Below, piece after piece: positions 55,081-64,000 of a stretch of DNA of 64,000 nucleotides. This DNA comes from the human T2T-CHM13v2.0 reference genome, Homo sapiens. The notes below the pieces were generated by a model. It ran no database searches. It had not been told where the DNA came from and was given only the letters and a program-made list of their open reading frames with translations. Numbering within the stretch: position 1 is the first letter of the stretch; every line of letters begins with the position of its first letter. The translations under genes were made by a program, and so were the position numbers. Location: the NCBI RefSeq assembly GCF_009914755.1, contig NC_060938.1; one strand, written 5' to 3'.

Positions 55081-56159
55081 AGCTGTAGCAGTAGTGCCTT
55101 AGCAACATTGTTTCATTTTATTTCTTTCAAGCACTTCCCTTGGACAAAACAACCTTACCCCTTATTTCCTCTCATTAATGAGTTTTCCTCCTTTGCATCT
55201 TTCAGCCCAAGCATCAATTTTCTGAGAAGACTTCCTGGACCCCTGTCTCATTTAGAGTCCCCTCTTCTGGGCTCCCGTCCTGTTCCATCCTGGGACACCA
55301 TGCTCTTGCCCTCATCAATGCTCCCTAATTGCCGATGCCTTTGTCTGGGACTGCCAGGCAGAGGCTCAAGGTTTTTGAGGGCTGAGATCATGTCTGGTTT
55401 ACCTTTGCTTCCCAGTGTCTGTTGCATATGAAGCGCTCAAAGTGTCTATTGAATAAAAGAAACAGCAGAGCATGGCATGAATCTAGAAAATGAGGCCTAC
55501 GAGCAAGGTGGCTGAAGCTCACCGTCTTAGTTTGGGTCCCCCTGAAAGTAGAGCCTGAGGCAAGACACTGGGTGAAGGGAGTTTATTCTGAAGGTGAGAG
55601 AACAGGGAGAGAGACAGGCAAGGAGAAAAAAAGCAAGAACGAGTGCTTTCTTGAGCTGGCTATTGCTGTGGGCAGCTGGGCTTCAGTTACTCTGGGTGCC
55701 CCCAAGGAACTCTGGGAGGGGAGCCTAAGGCATGGATTCGCTGACTGCCATGCCGTTGCTAGGGGTTGTTGACCCCTCTGCACTCTGGGCTGCCCTACAT
55801 TTGGGCCAAGCCTGCAGCAGGCAGGGAAGCCAAGATGTGGCTGGTCCTGGAGGTGGGACTCTGCCCGCAGGCTTGGGAGCTGTCTGCTATAGCTGCAGCT
55901 GACCTCAGAGGTGGCTGAGGGGATGTCAGGCAGACCCTAAAAGACCCAATGACATTTACTCATTTCCAGTTTGGGTTCCATTCCAGGTGCCTTTTGTGTC
56001 AACCTCAGTCTTACTTCATGTGGTAGGCACTTTTGTGGGGTCCCCCCAGTTTAGGAGAGTATGGTTGGACATCTGGATGCCTCTAAATCTGAAACTTAGA
56101 GACGGATGTGGCCTCTTCTCTTTGGCCGCCAATTCCACTTCCACCTTGGGAATGTTGCC

Positions 56160-56645
56160 TGTGGGAACCAGCCTCCAAGATGGCCCCAGTGATTTTTGCC
56201 TCCTGGTATTCATGCACTTGTGTAGTCTCCTCCTACACTGAGTCAGGGCTTGCCTGTGTCGCCAACAGAATGTGGTGGAGGTAACAGTGTCTGACTTCTA
56301 AGGCTAAGTCATAGGAGATATTGCATCTTGGCCTCTTGGAGATCTTACTCTGGGGGAAGCCAGCTGCCATGCCATGATAGCACACAGGCAGCTCCATGGA
56401 GAAGTCCCTGTGGAGGAAACCCAAGGCCCCCTGGGCCAACAGCCAATGCTGACTTGCCAGCCATGTGAGTGGTCTGCCTTAGATGACAGCCCCAGTAGAT
56501 GTCTGCCTGCACCTTCATGAGAGACTCCAAGCAAGAACTGCTCCACTGAGCCCTTGCCTGATTCCTGACCCACAGAATCCATGAGCATAACAAATGGCTG
56601 TTTCATGCTACTATATTTTGATTTGCAGCCATAGTAACTAGAACA
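56160..56645 (+). mobile_element. MLT1F-like LTR
   Basis: agcctccaagatggccccagtgat...cctcctggtattcatgcacttgtgtagtc. Confidence 0.8.
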
Positions 56646-57917
56646 CCCTATGCTTCTTGGAGGACCTCAGCTTCTCTCTAAAGGAATATGGCTTTTCTTA
56701 TGTAGCTTTAACAAGTAACCATGACTCAACATGGACCTTCCCAACTGCAGCAAGAGACATACCTGTGATGTTTCCATGTGATCCCACCTTTTATAAAGGC
56801 TCAGAGGACAGTGTGAAGAGGTGAACTGGGGAAGCAGCTCAAGATGCTGGCAGTCACCAAGCCAATTAAAGTAAATGATTGATCAGTTATTCGGTGGAGT
56901 TCATCACCGCGAGTGGTCACATAGAGAATTCATGTCCTAACCTATGCAGGCTTGGCCATGAGGCTGACTGGGAACTCAGTCATGAACTTGAGGAAGGGGA
57001 GGAAACCCAAGCTGCACTGGCCTGCTGGGCTGGCCCCCAAAGGGCAGTTCCCAAAATCCACACCAGGCAGCCAGGTATTATTAGAATGAACCTGGAGCTG
57101 GTGTGGGCAGTGTTGGTGCCCAGGAGAATCTAACTTGGTAGGTAGACCTGGTGACCAGCAGCCTCAGCTCTGGAAGGCAGGCTGGATGCGGTCCTAGGTT
57201 CCGTCCATGAGGGACACAGTATTTAGTTGTCTGACTGGGGGCTCACAGTCTCTACCAGTGGACCGGTTTTCTAGGACTAAATCTTAATTCCCCAAACTAG
57301 TATAGGGATCTTGCCATACAAAATGACATATACCTATGAAAAGTGATCCAAATAGGGCCTGACACATGGTGAGCTCTTAATAAGGGTTAGCAATGATGGT
57401 GACGAGGAGGAGGAGGAGGAAGAGAAGGAAAAGGAAGAAGTGGGGGAGACCTGGCCAGTGCAATGAGGTTGGGGAAGAAGGGCCATGCAGCTCCCGGGTG
57501 CCATGCTCCAGGGCACACCATTCCTGGCCTGGGCCATAAGCGCAGTCATAGTTTCCACCTGCCAGTGGGTCTGCCTTGGCCAGGACTGGCTGAGCATCTG
57601 GGGTACAGCCCCCTTTCCTGGGAAGGTGACTGTTGGAGTGGGGAGAACTGGAAGCTGGGACTCCCACTCTCATGCATTATGAGAATGGATGGGACAAGGA
57701 AAAAAGAAGCCCAGAATTTACATCCAAGGAAGGGCTGACTCAGGATGAAACAGGCTGTGAACGTGGAGGAAGGACAGAGAGAGTAAGGCCTGGATCAAAA
57801 TGAGGTTTTCCTAGGGGAGGAGAGCAAGAGGAGAGAGAGGGCTTAGATGACCAATGAAGTTCAAATGACAAGTCTGGTCTTAAATCCCTGCTCTTTTCAG
57901 AGGAAGAGAGTCAGTGT

Positions 57918-58195
57918 CTTTTATTTATTTATTTTTTTGTTAACAGAGTCTTAGTCTGTCACCCAGCCTGGAATGCAGTGGCATGAGCGCTGCTCTGCCC
58001 CTCAGGCTCAAGCCATCCTCCTGCCTCAGCCCCCTAAGTAGAACACCACCATGCCTGGCACATTTTTGTACTTTTTGTAGAGACGAAGTTTTGCCATGTT
58101 GCCCAGGTTGGTCTCGAACTCCTGAGCTCAAGTGATCCTTCCACCTAGGCCTCCCAAAACGTTGTGATTACAGGTGTGAGCCACTGCTCCCAGCT
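57918..58195 (-). mobile_element. AluJ
   Basis: Diverged dimer with internal deletions. Confidence 0.85.
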
Positions 58196-58616
58196 GGGGT
58201 GCTATGACTCAGCATGGTGGGAGCCTGATCCCTGGCAAATCGATTGTAGCTGGACTTATCTTGATCAACATACCCAAGCAGCTGAAAGTCAGCATTTTAT
58301 CATGGAGAATTCCAAGAAAAGTTTCAGCGGGTTCTCTAACACTTCTCCAACTCTGAAGAGAACAGATCTTGAGCTCTCCTTTCCCAAAGTGTTTTATTTT
58401 GCTTTCCCAGGGGCAGTGGTGTCAAGGCTAGGGTTCCAAGTGGCTGCACGACCTGAGGCCTTTGTGGGTTCTTCCACTGGGAGCTGCTCCCGATCTGCAC
58501 ACCTGCCTCAGCTGACGGTGGGGTGGCACTCTGGAAGTGAAGGCATGTCAGCAACAAGGTGGGTGGGAAGCATCTCATGGGTCCAGCCAAGGCAGAAGAG
58601 GCAATGCATGGTTTTG

Positions 58617-59515
58617 TATTGCGGGATCTGGCCAGCAGCCCACAATGCAACGGGGCTCTCTCTTTGTTCCCAGGCGGATTGGCAGGTCGAGAAATAATAG
58701 ACACACACAAGATAGTGAAAGCTGGGTCCAGGGGGGTCACCGCCTTCTGGTCCTGCAATGCCGCCAATGCACTGTATATGCCAGCATTTATTATTAAGTT
58801 TAGTGAGGGCAGGGATAGGTTAGTGAGGGATTTAGGGTCATTTGATTATGAGGTGAGATGGTCACATGGGGATGAAGTAATTCTTTAACATAACATCTGT
58901 ATGCAGAAGTACAGTATACAGGGATAAGAATTTACAATGTAGTGTGTGCATCAGTAATTTCTAACAGAGCCTTAAAACAGAAACACAGTCTTTCCATAAC
59001 CTATGATTAGCAAGGTATTAATCAGCAGTAACAGTTGCAGTATTAATCAGCAGTAACAGTTGCAGTAAAAGCTGGTTACAAACAATCCATAGAAACAGGA
59101 AGTGAAGCTAGACAACCGGTTAGATCAGAAACTCTCAGAAAGGAGTATGCCTTAACCCTAAAGAGGCCTAGAAGAGCCGTGGCAAAATGAGGGCATTTAT
59201 AGCCCTATCTTATCCATATGAACAGGCAGCCCTCATGCGTCTGTTTATAGGCTCTTCACAAGGGTCGCATTCCATTCCCAGAGCTATGAACATCTGCTTT
59301 TCTGGGATAGGAATCTTGGTGATGTGAAACCTCCCTGACTGCACGTCCATTCATAGGCTCTCTGCAGGGGGAAGCACATCACATGCTGTTGGCTCATTCT
59401 GGCAGTCCAACCTGGCATTGTCTGTACACAATCCTGCATACAATTTTGTATTTACAATAATCAGGAGCATTTCATCTTCTATTCTGTAGCAATAGTTTCA
59501 GGGGGTCTCCCTACA
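58617..59515 (-). mobile_element. Solo MER11D-like LTR (HERV-K11D/HML-7)
   Basis: Minus strand begins TGTAGGGAGACCCCCTGAAAC; 899 bp; 6-bp TSD GTTTTG at 58611-58616 and 59516-59521. Confidence 0.78.
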
Positions 59516-59839
59516 GTTTTGGAGACAGTGAGACTAGTATCCTGGCTCTATAAATGCATAGCTCATATGATAGTCATTCACTCCTTAATTAGACAAATGT
59601 TTCTTGGCCTGCTGAGGGCCTGGCTTTGTGGTGGGCAATGGGAATAATACAAACAACAGCAGTTATTAAGCCCTTATGTACCACACATTTTATTGAGCCC
59701 TTGTGCCGTGCATTTTACATTTACTAACTCATTTAAACATATGGAACCAAGCAAGACATGGGTTGCTCACAGTGTAGATGGAAGGTCAGGGCAGAAAACA
59801 GGCAAGGACAATGCAGTGTATACAGCTTCAGGGTGGGAT

Positions 59840-60236
59840 CTGTGGTATGAATATACTCCCTAAAATTCACATGCTAGAAACTAAATCCCAAATGCAACAA
59901 TGCAGGGAGGTGGGGCCTCATGGGAGGTGTTTAGATCGTGAGGGCTCTGTCCTCATGAATGGATTAATGCCACTATAAAAAGGGCTTGTGGGAGTGAGTT
60001 CTTTTTCTCTTCTGCTCTTCTTCCATATGAAGACACAGTGTTCCTCCCCTCTGGAGGATGTGGCATTCAAGGTGCCATCTTGGAAGCAGAGAATATACAC
60101 TCTTTAGACACCAGATGCTGATGCCTTGATCTTGGACTTCCCAGCCTTCAGAACTGTGAGAAAAAAAAAGTTTCTGTTCTTGTTAATTACCCAGTCCCAG
60201 ATATTCTGTGACAGCAACACAAAAAAGAACTAAGAC
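59840..60236 (+). mobile_element. MST (MaLR) LTR
   Basis: gggaggtgtttagatcgtgagggctctgtcctcatgaatggattaatg...gccttgatcttggacttcccagcc. Confidence 0.8.
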
Positions 60237-62111
60237 CTGGGGTTAAAGGCAAGGGAGCTGTGGGGCTCAGGAGGTCCCCTGAGTCAGCTCAAGGGGTGCA
60301 GCAGGCCAGGAAGATGATATCTTACCTCAACCAAATGGTAACCAGGAGTGAACCAGTCAGAGAAGGAGGCAGAGGATGGACACAGGTCTGGGGACAAGGG
60401 ACAGCAGGTCCATTTGGAAGCTGCAGGTTACTGACCCTCTCAGGGGCTCAGGTCCTTTATGTGTGAACTGGCACTGATATTTACCACACAGCATTGTTTT
60501 GAGTACTGAAAGGAGATAATGTATGTCAGTGGCTGATGTGCGGTCTGGCTTCTGGCTCCCTCTGGCCCTCAACAAGTGACATCTGTCATTACAACTGTGG
60601 TGTTGACCCACCTCACTTCCTCCCAGATCTCCTTGATCACCCCACCCCCTTACCCATCCAGCACCTGTTAAGGTCACTCTGTCACATATAGTCATGTCCT
60701 ATTTAAAAGAGCCATGAGATCCTTGGTGTGACAGATGGGGTCAGGACACCCATCCATGGAGGCAGAGAGCAGAGCTGAGTGCCATGAACAGTCAGCCAAA
60801 AAGGGTACTGAGCAAAGAGTCAGCAAGACTGGGCATTTTCCTACCATTCATGTGACTGTGGGTAAGTCCATCAGCTCCCTAAGCCTCCCTTTCCTCCCTT
60901 GTCAAATGAGAATGACAATACCTGTCTTTCAGGGTTGATGAGGATTAAATGGGACAGCATGCTTAATGCCTGGAATATCATAATCCTTCAATACACTAGT
61001 TTTTGCCTTTATCAGAATGATCCTCATCATCCTCACCATGACCAATATCTGCCTCAGAAGTTCACTGGAAAGAACGGTCAACTAGGATTTGAATACCTGA
61101 GTTACAGGGGAGTGAGAGGGTTGAGAACAATTTCAGATATGACAGCACTGGATGAGGAGAGAAGTCTAATGGCCACACAGGGTGTGCATGGTCTCACGGC
61201 AGGAATGGTGACTAATAATGAGACATTGATGCTGTGAAAATCAAATGTCAGTCGCTTATTAGGAGCAAAGCACAACTGCATTCACACAACGCCTAATACA
61301 AGCAATGCTTAATGCAGCGTAAGCTTTAATTATAACTAGTTTTACAGGACTGGTTGTAACTAGTTTTACAGGGCTAGAGCCACAGGGGACTCCAGGTTTG
61401 CGGTGAAACTCTACCAGGTTACAGACTGTAATAAATCGCGCTGTCTGTGTGATTTAGAGAAGGGTAGCTTCAGCCGTATGCAGTAAATGAGCATTGGGGA
61501 CCTACTATGAGCCAGAGACACAGAGCTGAATATAACATGCCCCTGCTTTGTAGGATACATAGTCTAGCAGGGAAGAGTAGGAGTAAGATAGCACAATAAT
61601 GTAGGGTTGAGAGGGAAGCCCAAGGTGTGGAGGGTCGCAGAAAAGGGGCAACCAACTCTAGATGTAGTTATCAGAAAGAGCTTCCTGTGGGAGACATGTT
61701 TCATGAGCCTAATTTCAAAAGCCAGTAGCAGCTACCTTTCAGTAAGCACCTACTATGAACAGGCTCCTCATGTGCATTATCTTGTTTGATGTCTATAACA
61801 ATCCTGCAAGGTAGTTGCCATTGTCCCTGTAATATATGAGGGGAAATGATCCAAAGATGTTAATTTGCCTAAGGTCACACAAGTAAAGGGCAGAGAACCT
61901 GGGATTTGAACCTCTGTGTGCTCCATAGTTAAGTAAAAAAGAGTCAAAAAGAGCAGACCCAGAAATGACCCACATGTTGGAGTGTTGCAGTAGGCAGACA
62001 AGAACATAAAGAAGTTATTACATATATTTTCAGGGACTTAAACCAAAAGACGGTCGTATGGAGTAAACAGATGAGGAATCTCAGCAGAGAAATGGAAACA
62101 AAAAATCACGT

Positions 62112-63110
62112 TGTGATGGATGATACGTATATTTTGGTTTTCATCCATGATTCCTGGCTGTAAGCTCTTGTAAGCCTTGTTATTTCCTAAGTGACTACAG
62201 CAGTAAAAATATTTTTTGTTAAGATATTTGGTCTTTGTCCTTGGTTCCTGAAGTACCTCCTGAATGATAAAGGTGAAAGATAATCTTTTGCTATTTTCTA
62301 TTTTTTTTCAAAAACGTCTGTTCTTATGTTAATGACATGATTTTTGGAAAACCCCTAGAAACCACAAGACGGGGGAACTGGTTGCAAGAGAAATGGCCAT
62401 GTGCCTAGAGAAGTGTAATTTTTAGTTCCATCCCCCAACCTCTGGGGAGCAGAGAGGGGGCTGAAAATTAAGTTGATCACCAGTGGTCAATGATTCAATC
62501 AATCATGCCTATGTAATGAAGTCTCCATAAAACCCAAAAGGACAGGGATCGGAGAGGTTGCAAATAGCCAAATGCATGGGGGCTTACACATTCATGTGCC
62601 AGGAGGGTGGTGCACCCCAACTCCATGATGACGGAAGCTTCTGCACTCAGGGTCCATCCAGACCTCACCCTGTGTATTTTCTCTTCGTGCTGTTTATTTG
62701 TATATTTAAAAATATCCTTTGTAAATAAGGTAGTAAACGTAAGTATGTATTTCCCTGAGTTCTGTGAGCTGTAGCAAATTAATTTAACCCAAAGAAGAGG
62801 TTATGAGAATCCAGATTTATACCTGGTCAGTCAGAAGCACTGGCAAAAATAACCTGGGGCTTGTGATTGTCACTGGAAGTGTGAAGGGGTGGAGCAGCCT
62901 TGGGGACTTGAGCACTCAACCTACGGGATCTGATGCTATCTCCAGGTAGATAGTGTTGGAATTAAACTAGAAAACACTGGGCTGGTGTTTCCTTCAGAAT
63001 TCATTGCTTGTTTGGTAGGTGGGGAAACATCCTCCAACATTTGGTCACAGAAGTATTCTGTGTTGTGTGAGAGCAGAGGAAAAACAGTTTGTGTGTTTTT
63101 TACTTTCTCA
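62112..63110 (+). mobile_element. MER21-like LTR inserted in an old L1
   Basis: tgtgatgga...ttttcatccatgattcctggct...ctacgggatctgatgctatctccaggtagatagtg; L1-like sequence on both sides. Confidence 0.7.
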
Positions 63111-63472
63111 TATGAATATTTTAGAACTGAAAAATACAAGAAATGAAATACATTCACTGGATGGGCTTAAGATCAGTTTGAAGGAGTCAATGAACTTGCA
63201 AACAGATCTTCAGAAATTACCCTATGTGAACAAGGGAGAAAATAATTTTAAAAAGAGCAATATCTGAGTGACCTCTGATCCAGTATCAAGTAGTATAATA
63301 TACCTGTTGTCTTAGTTCATTTTTGCTACTATTACAGAATACATAGACTGGGTAGTTTATCATTTATTTCTCATGGCTCTGGAGTCTGGGAAGTAAAAGA
63401 ATGAGGGGCTGGGATCTGGTGAGGGGCTTTTTGCTGTGCTATTCCATGGCAGAAGGTGGAAGGGTAAGAGAG

Positions 63473-64000
63473 TGTAACTGCCAAATGGGTTCATCTTGCC
63501 TGCTGCCCAGATAGAGCTGATTTAGCAAGACAGAAGAATTGCAATAGAGAAAGAGTTTAATTCACTTAGAGCTGGCTAAATGGGAGACTGGGGTTTTATT
63601 ATTACTCAAATTAGCCTTTCTGAAAATTTGGAGGCTAGGGTTTTTCGAAAGTAGTTTGGTGGGCAAGGGGCTAGGGAATGGGTGCTGCTGACTGGTTGAA
63701 GATGCAATCATAGGGGTGTGAAAAATGGTCCTCATGAGGTAAGTCCACTTCCAGGTGGGGGCCATAGGACCAGTGGAGTCAAGAACCGTGGGTCTGGGAG
63801 GGGCCATCCAGTTGTCAGAAATGCAAAAGCCTGACATCTCAAAAGGCCAATCTTAGGTTCTACAATAGTGATGTTATTTACAGGAGTAATTGGGGAAGTT
63901 GCAAATCTTGTGACCTCCAGAATAGTGTCTGGATTATTATTATACATAACTACGAATTCGGGCCCCTCTCATCCTCCTAACCTGGTGGCCTTTCATTATT
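63473..64000 (-). mobile_element. LTR8-family (ERV1) LTR interrupting an MST-like LTR; runs off the window
   Basis: tgtaactgccaaatgggttcatcttgcctgctgcc is the reverse of an LTR8-type 3' end. Confidence 0.6.

Noticed and set aside
57400-57440. (GAG)n purine tract
   Set aside because: Short low-complexity sequence with no coding context.

Overview
This is human (primate) genomic DNA, not prokaryotic. The window holds the 5' half of PRIMA1 (proline-rich membrane anchor of AChE/BChE tetramers; chr14q32 from recalled knowledge) on the minus strand. Visible parts are a CpG-island promoter (~36.9-38.8 kb), a short non-coding first exon, coding exon 36989-37081 (MLLRDLVLRRGCCWSSLLLHCALHPLWGFVQ) and coding exon 28535-28670 (VTHGEPQKSC...RPPPPLPPPPPPPPPPRLLSAP, the PRAD). 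Positions 1-28534 belong to the following long intron; the transmembrane exons lie beyond the left edge. The right 25 kb is upstream intergenic DNA. It is rich in LTR/ERV relics: a degraded ERVL-class provirus with nested insertions, solo LTR3 and MER11D-like HERV-K LTRs with 6-bp TSDs, MLT/MST, MER21-like and LTR8-like elements, plus a human-specific AluYa5. Nearly all ORFs in the supplied track are spurious. I see no convincing wholly new biological system. The most testable oddities are: an in-frame cryptic donor 42 nt past the first coding exon; a read-through stop after the PRAD exon that could give a soluble PRiMA; a 3x33-bp repeat with three NF-Y boxes at 33-bp spacing; a locally templated FLAM+flank insertion between 10-bp direct repeats; an LTR3 with a fossil PBS inside its end; and three fold-back micro-rearrangement scars. 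Repeat subfamily names come from memory of consensus sequences and their boundaries are approximate unless TSDs are given.
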